Shown: positions 11,863-21,465 of the stretch, in pieces
Layout of the letters: the number at the start of each line of letters is the position of its first letter
Numbering within the stretch: the first letter of the stretch is position 1
Assembly (NCBI GenBank): GCA_963745235.1
Contig: CAVUXE010000015.1
Span: forward strand, 160,001-224,000
Source: an uncultured Spirochaetota bacterium
Lineage (GTDB): Bacteria; Spirochaetota; Spirochaetia; SZUA-6; Fen-1364
Direction of reading: 5' to 3'
Length of the DNA stretch: 64,000 nucleotides
The notes under the pieces: generated by a model
The model's database searches: none
Told to the model about the DNA's origin: nothing
The model's input: only the letters and a program-made list of their open reading frames with translations
Translations under genes and position numbers: made by a program

Positions 11863-12829
11863 AAGAGTGCTCAGAGGGCATGCGAGAGAGGGGCTTCAGC
11901 GGCGGCAACGCGGCATCCGTGTCGAGCTCCGGGCCCACGGGAGCAAGCACAGGGGAAGCAGGGACATCGACAGCCGCGGCTGCGTCACCGGCGCCGGCCA
12001 CACCTTCCACCAACGGTGACTGGTTCAGATACTTCTGCATCGAATCCACAAGGGACTTCTCTGACTCCGTCCTGATCAGGCCCGTGAGGCTGAACAGCCC
12101 TTCCTTCGAATGAACGACTCCCGGCCAGGTGCTGCGGGCGCTGGTGAAGCCGGCATCCTTTGCGGCGGCAACCACACGGGAGTTGTACTGGCCGAACGGA
12201 TATGCCAGGGACGTGATGGGAACACCCGTTCGGGCCTCGATGGTCCTCTTGGCGCCGGCGATCTCCCGCTGGAGCGCCTCGTCGCTCCGGATGCGCGTGA
12301 GGTACGGATGCGTGAGGGTGTGGCAGCCAAGCTGCATGCCTTCTTTCGGAAGATTCCTGACCTCGTCCCATGTCATGTGATGCTTCCTGCCGACCACGAC
12401 GACCCAGATGTAGAAAGTCGCCGTGTATCCGTACTTTTTGAGAAGCGGGACGGCGTACCGGTACTGGCTTTCCCAGTCGTCGTCGAACGAGAGGATGACG
12501 GGCCGCGGGGGAAGGGCGGCGCCGTTGCTGATGTGGTTGACCAGGTCATCGAAGCTGATGGAGACATAGCCGTTCTGCTTCAGCCAGCCCAGTTCCTGCT
12601 CCAGGGCGTCAGGGGTGGCAATGTAGCGGCGCACCGCCGGTGTGTCGCTCTGCACGTATGGCCTGACGGAATGGTAGATGAGGATGGGGACGACGGTGGA
12701 CGCGGTTCCCTCACCGTCCCGCGGCTCGGGGGGAACGAGACGGGAAGGCCGGGTCTGAGGCTGCGCAGCCTGCGCAAAGCCCACCGCGTGCATGAAAATG
12801 GCGGCGAAAACGAGCACCCAGAGCTTCAT
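11849..12829 (-). CDS. Secreted polysaccharide deacetylase (CE4)
   Basis: Signal peptide; PILIYH, LSFDD, HTLTHP, AYPFG motifs. Confidence 0.88.
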   Translation of the reverse strand: MKLWVLVFAAIFMHAVGFAQAAQPQTRPSRLVPPEPRDGEGTASTVVPILIYHSVRPYVQSDTPAVRRYIATPDALEQELGWLKQNGYVSISFDDLVNHISNGAALPPRPVILSFDDDWESQYRYAVPLLKKYGYTATFYIWVVVVGRKHHMTWDEVRNLPKEGMQLGCHTLTHPYLTRIRSDEALQREIAGAKRTIEARTGVPITSLAYPFGQYNSRVVAAAKDAGFTSARSTWPGVVHSKEGLFSLTGLIRTESEKSLVDSMQKYLNQSPLVEGVAGAGDAAAAVDVPASPVLAPVGPELDTDAALPPLKPLSRMPSEHSSTTP

Positions 12830-12955
12830 CGCGACTGGTGTATGTCACGGAATGGGTATCAAGGTCAAGCCGGACGAGAAGTCGGAGAAGTCGTGGAGAG
12901 TGTCGGCAGCCTGGCCCCGCCGGACGGGCGCGGGGCTCGGCGCCGGGCACTGCCC

Positions 12956-13441
12956 CTACCGGGCTGCGCCCGTCGCCTGCTCCAGCGCTTCTTTTGCCTT
13001 TGGCACCGTTTCCTCGGGTTTCACGCCGTACCAGGCGCGAAGGACCGCGCCCTTCTCATCGATGAGAAACGATGAGCGGATGATGCCCATGGATTTCTTC
13101 CCGTACGAGCTCTTCTCCCCCCAGACCCCGTACGCCTCCGCCGTGGCGTGCTCCGTGTCCGCGAGAAGCGGGAACCCGAGGGAAAACTTGACGTCGAACT
13201 TCTTCTGGTCCTCCGGCGTGTCCGGGCTGATTCCCAGGGTCGCCACGGAAAGCTTCTTGAACTCCTGGCGGGCGTCACGCACGGCGCAGGACTGTGTGGT
13301 GCATCCTGGAGTGTCCGCCCGGGGGTAGAAATACAGGAGGACCTTCCTCCCCCGAAAATCGGAAAGCTTCACGGTTTTTGAATCCTGGTCTCGAAGGGAA
13401 AAGTCAGGGGCAGCATCCCCCTGCGCGAGCTTGTGTTCCAT
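12956..13441 (-). CDS. bcp: Thioredoxin-dependent peroxiredoxin (BCP/PrxQ)
   Basis: [30 protein letters not shown]. Confidence 0.93.
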   Translation of the reverse strand: MEHKLAQGDAAPDFSLRDQDSKTVKLSDFRGRKVLLYFYPRADTPGCTTQSCAVRDARQEFKKLSVATLGISPDTPEDQKKFDVKFSLGFPLLADTEHATAEAYGVWGEKSSYGKKSMGIIRSSFLIDEKGAVLRAWYGVKPEETVPKAKEALEQATGAAR

Positions 13442-13447
13442 GAGCAA

Positions 13448-13476
13448 AAGGTACGGAGCGGGAACACTATCGTCAA
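13448..13476 (-). promoter_or_regulatory. Sigma70 promoter for bcp (leaderless geometry)
   Basis: TTGACG-N17-TACCTT, then 6 nt to ATG 13441, no SD. Confidence 0.6.
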
Positions 13477-13536
13477 ACCTGCGTTTCTTTCGCTGTACTG
13501 CTTCCCGCGCGGGAGGCGGCGGCGTATATTTAGCGG

Positions 13537-16500
13537 ATGGTGCACAGGATCGGAGACAAGTCGCCGATCATCGATTCAACGGCCTTCGTCGCCTGGAACG
13601 CGGAGGTGGCAGGAGAGGTGCGGCTCGGGGAGGCGACCAGCGTATGGTTCAGCGCCACCCTGCGGGGAGACCTGGCCGCAATCACCGTAGGAGCCGGGTC
13701 CAACGTCCAGGACGGGGCCACGCTGCATGTCGACACGGGCCTGCCCCTCACCATCGGGGAGAGGGTCACGATAGGCCATAACGCGGTGCTGCACGGCTGC
13801 ACCGTCGGGGACGACTGCCTCATCGGCATGGGCGCGGTGGTTCTGAGCGGCGCGGTGATCGGCAGGGGAAGCATTGTCGGCGCCGGGGCGCTGGTAACGG
13901 AGGGCAAGACGTTCCCCGCGCGCTCGGTCATCCTGGGAAGCCCGGCAAAGCCGGTTCGCAGCGTGGATGATGCCGGTCTGGACAGGATCAGGGAGAACGG
14001 GCGCGCATACGAGGAGCTTGCCCGGCAGGCGGCGCGGGACTACCAGGAGCAAAGCCACGTCCCGGCAGGCCCGGACCTGACGAGCCGCGTGCGTAGGGCC
14101 CTGGAAACCCGCGTGAGCGCCGCGCCTGAGTCCGCAAAAAAAATCACCACGACGAGCTCTCCCCTTTTGTCCCGGGAACTTCTCGACGCCATCGATTCCG
14201 CCATATTGCTGATCGAGCGCGACGGCACCATCCGCCAGGGCAATCAGTACGCGGCCCGCATGCTCGGGTACTCGGTCGGGAGCCTCGACGGACAGAACCT
14301 CGCAGTGCTTTTCCCGCGGAAGGACATGGCCGCGCAGTTCCTCAAACGAATTGCGGCCGAAACGGGGGATGGCGCCGCGCCCGCGGGGCGGACCAGGCTG
14401 GGTCACGCGGGCGGCGGCTTCGTTCCCGTTGCCTACCGGGCCTCTCCCGTTGCCATGGACGGCAGAGACCTGATCCTCCTGACCGCCTCTGACCTGACCG
14501 TGGTGAGCGCGCAGGACCAGGCCATCCGCAGTCTTGCGCGCTTCTCAGATGAGAACCCGTTCCCCGTTCTTCGGATAGCGGATGACGGGACCCTGCTCTA
14601 CGCCAATCCGGGCAGCTGGCTTCTGCTCATGCACTGGAACACGAGCCCGCAGCAGCCGGTGCCGCCGGAATGGAAGGAAACCATCCGGGAAGTCCTGCAG
14701 GGAGAAGAGCGCGGAGAGAGGGAGGTGCAGATCGGCTTCAAGACGCTGCTTCTGAACCTCATCCCTGTCCCGGAAATGGGATACGTCGACATCTTCGGTC
14801 TCGACGTGACCAGCCGGAAGCAGGCGGAGAAAAAGCTCCAGCAGGACGCGCAGGTCTTCGAGAGCGCGACGGAAGGCGTGATGATCACGGACGCGGATCA
14901 GAGAATCCTGGACGTCAACCGCGCCTTCACCACGATCACCGGCTACGCCCGGGAGGAGATACTCGGAGAGAGCGCCAGCATACTCCAGTCCGGCCGACAC
15001 GAGGAAAGCTTCTACCAGGACATGTGGAAGAGCGTGCGGGAGAGGGGGAGCTGGCAGGGGGAGATCTGGGACAGGAGGAAGAACGGAGAGGTCTACCCGA
15101 AGTGGCTCTCCATCAGCGCGGTCCCGGACGAGCACGGGCACGTGGCCCGCTACATCGGGCTGTTCTCCGATATCACCGCCGTGAAGCAGTCGCATGAGCA
15201 GCTCTATCACATGGCCAACTACGACAGCTTGACGGGGCTCGCCAACCGGAGGTTCTTCCACGACCGGCTGGAGCAGAGCCTCCAGGAGGCTCGCCGCTCC
15301 TCGGAGATGGTGGCCGTGATGTTCATTGATCTGGATGGATTCAAGCTGATCAACGACAACATTGGCCACCGGGCGGGGGATGCGCTCCTGCGCTCCGTCG
15401 CGGACCGCATCCGCGAGAGTGTGCGAGACAGCGACACCGTGGCGCGTATGGGAGGGGACGAGTTCACCGTGGTGCTTCCGAGGCTGCGCAACTCCCAGCA
15501 CGCCGTCCTGGTTGCCCAGAAGATCCTGGCCCGGGGGGCAGAGCCCGTGACCGTGGAGCACCAGGAGCTTTTCACCACCTCCAGCATCGGCATCTCCATC
15601 TATCCGAACGACGCCTTCGACGTGGAGGGCCTCCTGCAGTGCGCGGACACGGCGCTGTACAGGGCGAAGGAGCGCGGCAAGAACAGCTACCAGTTCTACT
15701 CACGCGACATGAACAGGACCGCGGTGGAACGGCTCGAGCTGCAGACACAGATGCGCCACGGCTATGAAGCGGGCGAGTTCGCGCTCCACTACCAGCCAAT
15801 GGTGAGCGCCGCCACGGGCCGCGTGGCCGGGCTGGAAGCGCTTGCGCGATGGGGGAGCTCCCGTGACGGGAAACTTCCCCCCGGAACCTTCATTCCCCTG
15901 GCAGAGGAAACCGGCCTCATCCATGACCTGGGCGCTTTCCTCCTGAAACTGGCATGCGACCAGGGCAAGCGATGGCGCGGCCAGTGCGACCGAGGGATGC
16001 GAGTCGGCATCAATCTCTCTCCTTACCAGCTGCGCAGATCGGATTTCGTGAGCCGCGTGGAGCAGATTGTCGAGGAATCCGGGTTTCCTTTCACCGGCCT
16101 GGAGTTCGAGCTCACGGAACGTGCCCTCCTGGAGGAGCTCCCCGACATCCGTGACAAGCTCCGGCGGCTGAAGTCACTCGGGGCCACCATTGCGCTGGAC
16201 GACTTCGGCACCCGGTCTTCTTCCCTGTCCTCGCTTCGAAAGTTCCCCATCGACCGCCTGAAGATCGACAGGTCCTTCATCAAGGACATCCCCCAGGACG
16301 CCAACAGCGTGGAGATCGCATCCGCCATCATCGGGATGGGGCGCAGCCTCAGCCTGGAGGTTGTCGCGGAGGGAGTGCAGACGGCCGAACAGGCAGCTCT
16401 GCTGCGCGACCACGGGTGCGACTTCTTCCAGGGCCGCTTCTTCTGCGAGCCGCTGCCGGTGGATGATCTGCTTGACTACCTGAAACGCGCGTGCGGGGAC

Positions 16501-16545
16501 GGGAACGCGGAGGCCGCCGTCAAGGGAGTCCCAGGCGCTGCCTGA
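13537..16545 (+). CDS. Gamma-carbonic anhydrase-like domain fused to PAS/PAS/PAS-GGDEF-EAL (c-di-GMP turnover enzyme)
   Basis: Hexapeptide beta-helix with LRGD, SNVQD, TLH, IGH..VLHG; PAS repeats; [19 protein letters not shown]; EALAR, ELTE, DDFGT, LKIDRSF, EGV in one continuous frame. Confidence 0.8.
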   Translation: MVHRIGDKSPIIDSTAFVAWNAEVAGEVRLGEATSVWFSATLRGDLAAITVGAGSNVQDGATLHVDTGLPLTIGERVTIGHNAVLHGCTVGDDCLIGMGAVVLSGAVIGRGSIVGAGALVTEGKTFPARSVILGSPAKPVRSVDDAGLDRIRENGRAYEELARQAARDYQEQSHVPAGPDLTSRVRRALETRVSAAPESAKKITTTSSPLLSRELLDAIDSAILLIERDGTIRQGNQYAARMLGYSVGSLDGQNLAVLFPRKDMAAQFLKRIAAETGDGAAPAGRTRLGHAGGGFVPVAYRASPVAMDGRDLILLTASDLTVVSAQDQAIRSLARFSDENPFPVLRIADDGTLLYANPGSWLLLMHWNTSPQQPVPPEWKETIREVLQGEERGEREVQIGFKTLLLNLIPVPEMGYVDIFGLDVTSRKQAEKKLQQDAQVFESATEGVMITDADQRILDVNRAFTTITGYAREEILGESASILQSGRHEESFYQDMWKSVRERGSWQGEIWDRRKNGEVYPKWLSISAVPDEHGHVARYIGLFSDITAVKQSHEQLYHMANYDSLTGLANRRFFHDRLEQSLQEARRSSEMVAVMFIDLDGFKLINDNIGHRAGDALLRSVADRIRESVRDSDTVARMGGDEFTVVLPRLRNSQHAVLVAQKILARGAEPVTVEHQELFTTSSIGISIYPNDAFDVEGLLQCADTALYRAKERGKNSYQFYSRDMNRTAVERLELQTQMRHGYEAGEFALHYQPMVSAATGRVAGLEALARWGSSRDGKLPPGTFIPLAEETGLIHDLGAFLLKLACDQGKRWRGQCDRGMRVGINLSPYQLRRSDFVSRVEQIVEESGFPFTGLEFELTERALLEELPDIRDKLRRLKSLGATIALDDFGTRSSSLSSLRKFPIDRLKIDRSFIKDIPQDANSVEIASAIIGMGRSLSLEVVAEGVQTAEQAALLRDHGCDFFQGRFFCEPLPVDDLLDYLKRACGDGNAEAAVKGVPGAA

Positions 16546-17020
16546 GCATGGGCAGCTCATGCTCGAACATCGGGGTAAGAACGTTCGTTCCGACCAATGC
16601 GGCGATCTCTTGAAATGAGAAGAAACTTGCTTCCTCGATCTCCTGCGGGTCCGGGGTTATCTTGCCCTGGTGAGTAAGTACAAAGCAGCGGGCATACTCG
16701 GTCTCGAAGTCGCTGCCGTAGAGGTAGCCGTAAAGGGGCCTGGCCCCTGATGCGTCGATGCCCAGCTCCTCCCGGGCCTCTCGCCTGAGGGCATCAAGGA
16801 CATCCTCCCCCGCCCGTACATGGCCGCCTACGGACGTGTCCCAGAGCCCCGGGTTGGTGTCCTTGGTCATGGCTCTTCTCTGCAGCAAGAGCCTCCCGCC
16901 TGCATCCAGGACGTGGAGGTGAACGACCAGGTGGATCAGAAGGGGGTTCCCGTGAGCGTCCTCCCGCGAGGCCTGGCCAGCGGGATTTCCGTCCCTGTCC
17001 ACAAGCTGGAACATCTCCAT
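16520..17020 (-). CDS. NUDIX hydrolase (IDI-like subfamily)
   Basis: LLLQRR..K..PGLWD.SVGGH..GE...A..RE..EELGI Nudix box. Confidence 0.88.
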   Translation of the reverse strand: MEMFQLVDRDGNPAGQASREDAHGNPLLIHLVVHLHVLDAGGRLLLQRRAMTKDTNPGLWDTSVGGHVRAGEDVLDALRREAREELGIDASGARPLYGYLYGSDFETEYARCFVLTHQGKITPDPQEIEEASFFSFQEIAALVGTNVLTPMFEHELPMLRQRLGLP

Positions 17021-17051
17021 CAGGAGCGGCCCCCGCGATCCGACATCACCG

Positions 17052-19305
17052 TCACGTTCGGCCCAGCCTCTTCAGGTGGTACGATACGAAGGTGTCCAGG
17101 GAAGTGATTGCGGAGCGGATGTCGGAGTACACGGGCAGTCCCCCCTCTTCCAGAACAGCCACGAAATCCTGGTAATAGCGCCCCGCGTTCACCGACACAA
17201 CCATGGGTTTTGCATGGCGGGCCGCAATCTGGACAAGCCGGTGAGCAAGCCCGTCGGGATCACGGCATGTCTCCGGGACCGTCTTGAGGGAGACCGCGTG
17301 AGGGACAATTGCGACAAAGACACAGTCCACCGCGTCATCCTCTATCACCGCCTCGGCGAACTGGGCGTACATGGCGTCGTCCGCCATGGGGGTGATGTCG
17401 AGGAACGGTGAGGAAACGTCCACGAGCCCATGCCGGTTTATCTCCGAGAGCCTCTTCACGGTGGCGGCGCCGAGCTTGGCCTGCATCAGGCCCTGCAGCT
17501 CATCAGCGCCAACGGTGGACTCGAAGCCCGGCGTTCACCACCCCTGCCACCCTGTTCCCGCGGGGAGGGCGGGAAGCAAGGAGGGAGAACGTCTTCATGA
17601 GATCGTAGTACTGCTCTATGGTCTCCGCGAGGATCACGCCTGCCTGCTCGCAGGCAGCGCGGAAGACGCTGTAGTTCCCCGACATGGATGCGGTATGGGA
17701 GGCGGCGGAGCGCGCTCCCGCTTCCGTTCGGCCGCCCTTGTAAGCAAGGATGGGCTTGGCGGATTCCCGCGCGCGGTCGAAGAACGCGCGGCCCTCCCCG
17801 GGATCAACGCCCTCGAGGTAGACAGCCATCACGTCCACGGAGGGGTCCCTTTCGAAATACGAGAGAAGGTCTCCAACGCGCACATCGAACTTGTTCCCGA
17901 AGCTCACCACCGCCCGCAAGGGACGGCAGTTGCGAAGCTTGTCGATCACCGTCACAGCCAGCGCGCCGCTCTGCGTGAGGAGCACCTCATTGGCCCGGGG
18001 GGAGGAGCGGACCTCCAGCCGCTTTTCGTTGATGAACAGGGTATTGAGCCCCGGAGCCTCGGCGGCCGCGGCGTGATATACCCCCATGCAGTTGGGGCCC
18101 ATGATCCTGATCCCGGCGGGCAGCGCCTCCAGGAGCTCCCGCGCGTACTGCGCGTACGGGGTTGAGGCCGGCACTCCCGGGATGAGAACAACGGCTCGAA
18201 CGCTGCCGCCGGAAAGCGCGCGAAGGAACTCCGGCGCCGCCTGAGCCGGGGCCGCGTACACGGCAAGCTCCACGGGCGCGGGCAGCTCCTTCAGGTCGCG
18301 ATAGAGGGGATATTCCTTGTCCCCGAACTTCAGGGTGCCGCCCCGCGGGTTCACCAGGAACAGGTCCCCGTGACGCAGCTCGTGCAGGAGCTCCGCTATG
18401 TCACGCGCCAGGTTGTACTTGGACACGTCGGAGGATACCCCTATGACGGCAATTCCCCGGGGACGGAAGAACGCGTCGAGGTTCGACAGGTTCACCCGCG
18501 TGCTCCAGTCCTTCAGGTCTGCCGCGGAAACGAACTCCGCGAGGCCGTCGATGGCAACGAACCGTCCATCCGAGGAGATGGCAAAGGGATTGACCTCGAA
18601 AGCCGTGAAGGCAAAGCGCGGATGCGAGGCCATTGGCGAGTATGCCAGGGCAAGGCTGCTGAAGCCCGCCATGGCGCGCGCCATGAGCTCGAGGTACTCG
18701 GGATGACCGATCTGATCGAACTTGTACCTGATGTGAAGGCTGCGGGTGAACGCCAGCGCCTGCGGGTACTCCATGGGCGGCAGGAACAGGTTGGCCGGGT
18801 CATAGTGCGCCGCAAAAAACTCCGCGTCGTCACCGCCCTTGCTCACGGTGAGCACCGGACCGAAGGCGGGATCCTCCCGAAACCCGATGAGCACCTCGAA
18901 CCCGATGGCCTGCGTGTGGGGGATGTATTCTACCAGGAGGAATCCAGCGATTCGCGGACCTGCCTCCTGGGCAAAGTGCGAAAGCACCTCCTCACGCATG
19001 CGCGACAGGACGAACTGCACGTACAGGGGATCAGCGGCAGAGACTTTCTTTACGCCTCCCAGCTTCTGCTTGTGGGGAATGTCGGGAGAGACGATCTTGA
19101 CAATGAGGGAGTGGCCGAACCCCCGCAGGGTCTGCTCGTTCACCTCCCCGAGATCCCTTACGAAGAGGAACTTCGGAACCGAGAGGCCGAGGGCGGACAG
19201 GATCCCGTAGACCTCGTGCTCGAAGAGGGACTTCCTGCCCTCACTTGCGGCGCATTCGAGGATTCCGTTGATCTTAGACACTGCTGCCGATGTCAGTCCT
19301 TCCAT
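17052..19305 (-). CDS. Acetate/acyl-CoA ligase (ADP-forming) family, ATP-grasp domain first; frameshift near 17525
   Basis: KIVSPDIPHK, DPAFGPV, EVNP ATP-grasp; IMGPNCMG, TQSGAL, SFGNK.D, SAASHTA CoA-binding/ligase; own GGAG RBS and ATG at 19305. Confidence 0.85.
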
Positions 19306-19329
19306 GGCGGCTCCCCCGTGATGTGTGAT

Positions 19330-20157
19330 TACAGGCAGAGTACCACGAACCGGGCGTTCGCGACATCCCTCGGGACGCCATAGGCGGACAATCGAATCAA
19401 GCCGGAAGGTGCGCTCCTCCCCCCTCAGGCGGCAGTCCGCCCTGATACAAATGGAACCGCCCACGATCGAAAACGCCAGGGGGCGGATATCCCTGACGGT
19501 GATCTTCCCCTGGGAGCTCCTGTACTCGATGCGGACCTCGGAGCCCGTACCCATGGCGCCAGCGAGGTTGATCGCAAGGTCCACCAGGGGCGGGACGTGA
19601 CAGATGAAGTCCAGAACCGGCCCGCTTGCCGCCACGAGCGCTGACGGGGAGGCGTCCTCCCCCAGGGTCGTCCGGCACCGCAGGAAAAGCTCCCGACACG
19701 CGTGCGCATCAGCGAGGGCCCTGTGCGTCCCCGCTTCAAGGCGGAGGTCCCGTGTCAGGTTCTCCAGACTGTAGCTCGATCTGGCGGGGAACGCCCGTTT
19801 GGCCATGCCGCGCGTGTCCAGGACAGGGCCCGCGGGCGGAATATGGCCCGTTCGAATGATGTCAGCCGCAAGGAACCCGACGTCGAACGTCGCGTTGTGC
19901 GCCACCGGGGTGCCCTGGCCCAGGAAGCGGAGAAACGCGGGAAGCGCATCCTCGATGGGGGGCGTGCCCTTGACCATCTGGTCCGTGATCCCGTTGACCC
20001 GGGAGGCGACCGGCGGGATGGGAACCCCCGGGTCCACGAGCTGCTGAAAGCTCTCCTGCGCCCGTGCTCCCTCGAAGGCAACAGCCGCCAGCTCGATGAT
20101 GCGGTCCACCCCGGGGACGAGGCCGGTGGTTTCAAGATCGAACGCCACGTAGCGAAT
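19330..20157 (-). CDS. DEDDh (DnaQ-like) 3'-5' exonuclease with C-terminal WYL domain; 3' end approximate (stop apparently lost)
   Basis: FDLETTG, VAHNATFD, HRALADA; WYL-like IEY...R.I.P...C.LR.E.RTFRLD.I. Confidence 0.8.
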
Positions 20158-20171
20158 GAAAGGCTCCTATA

Positions 20172-20259
20172 GTGGGTACACGTTCAGAAGTACGTGAGTA
20201 CACGTTCAGAAGTACGTGAGTACACGTTCAGAAGTACGTGGGTACACGTTCAGAAGTAC
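20172..20259. repeat. 4 x 22-bp tandem repeat GTG(G/A)GTACACGTTCAGAAGTAC
   Basis: Units at 20172, 20194, 20216, 20238 differ at one position; the last unit contains the stop codon of the upstream gene. Confidence 0.97.
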
Positions 20260-20726
20260 ATGTCGTACTCTGACATGCGCTTCTGCTTCATGTCCGCGAC
20301 CCACCCCGCGTCGGCGTAGTCAACCTTGCAGAGGTCGTCCTTGAACGAAAGCCCGATAAACGTGCGTTCCAGCTTCCAGCGCGAATAGACGTCCCCGAAG
20401 TCCGCGGGGTCCCCGTACTTGTCCGTCAACGCGTTCAGGACTTCGCTGTAGGTCCTCATGTCCTCCTCGTCATCGAACCTGTACTGGGCCATCACGAGCT
20501 TGTTTTCCTGAAAGATGTAGTTGAGCACGCCGCTGTGACCCATCACGTCGACCTTGGTGCTGAGCATTGTCGTCAGTGTCCCGTTCATCCGGGTGAATTG
20601 GAGCCCTTCGGCGGACATCACCTCTTCCGGCGACATGCCCCAGGTGACCTTCCTGAAGTCCTGCCCGAAGGCGGACAGGGCCGCCAGGAAAAGCAGGACT
20701 GCGGCCGGTCCAACGAGGCGTCTCAT
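20250..20726 (-). CDS. Secreted hypothetical protein
   Basis: Signal peptide (..LSAFG-Q), DFRKVTWGMS N-terminus, ATGA overlap with the upstream gene. Confidence 0.75.
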   Translation of the reverse strand: MRRLVGPAAVLLFLAALSAFGQDFRKVTWGMSPEEVMSAEGLQFTRMNGTLTTMLSTKVDVMGHSGVLNYIFQENKLVMAQYRFDDEEDMRTYSEVLNALTDKYGDPADFGDVYSRWKLERTFIGLSFKDDLCKVDYADAGWVADMKQKRMSEYDMYF

Positions 20727-20935
20727 CCCTCGCCCTTCAACTTCTCCGGGGTAGCCTCACCCAGAAGAAGCTTGCAGATGTTCTTGTACCCGACCTTGCG
20801 CCACGTGCGCAGGATATCCGCAAACTGCTCGTATGCCTGGGGTTGGTCTCCCTTGAGCTTTTCCAGGCGGGCGAGCACCTCACGAAGATCCTCCAGGGAA
20901 GCAAGCGCAGCCATCCGTTCCTCCGTTTCCTTCAC
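20723..20935 (-). CDS. Small hypothetical protein (70 aa)
   Basis: GTGA/ATGA overlaps on both sides, coding-like codon usage. Confidence 0.7.
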   Translation of the reverse strand: MKETEERMAALASLEDLREVLARLEKLKGDQPQAYEQFADILRTWRKVGYKNICKLLLGEATPEKLKGEG

Positions 20936-21396
20936 ACCGAAGTAAAGGACTCAACTGTCCTGGCGTCCAGCCGGCGCACGACCTCCGTGACCAGGCTGAC
21001 CGCGTTGTCAACGTCCTCCAGGCTCAGCATCCCGACGTGGGAATGTACGTGCCGTGTCGGCACCGCAAGCACGACGGCAGGGCACCCCGCGTTGGCCTGG
21101 TGGATGGCCCCCCATCTGTCCCTCCGCCCCTCATCTGGGAGAGCTGGCAGGAAATCTTTGATTCCTCCGCAGTGCGGATGATGAGCTCTTTCAAGCCCCG
21201 ATTGGGAATGAGGGAGGCGTCGAACGTGATCGGGCAGAATAACGACGGGACCGCCGGTCCCGAGACGATCGTTCCTGATCTCATCAGCAAAGGGCTGGAC
21301 GTACTGCTTGACCGTCCGCACGGGCTCCGCCTCGAACTCTGAAGGTCCGAAGGATTCGGAAAGTCTTTTCAGGAAATCAAGCGCTTTTGCTTCCAT
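20932..21396 (-). pseudogene. Internally deleted M42 aminopeptidase remnant
   Basis: N-terminus L..LS...GPS.FE..V....D.LG joined directly to C-terminal GGGTD(G), VPTRHVHS, D.DN motifs; about 155 codons with frame changes. Confidence 0.75.
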
Positions 21397-21465
21397 GACC
21401 GCGTTTAAGATATGGTCCGCTCCGGAGGCTTGTCAAGGCGAACAGAAAACGGATACTCGGTAGCC

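Noticed and set aside
17503-20148. 881-aa exonuclease-WYL-acyl-CoA ligase 'fusion'
   Set aside because: The linker has non-coding-like codons, an extended -10 (TGGTACTCT, 19337-19345) and a GGAG RBS before ATG 19305, so these are most likely two genes joined by a lost stop or indel
20172-20259. CRISPR array
   Set aside because: Repeats are contiguous with no unique spacers, and no cas genes are present
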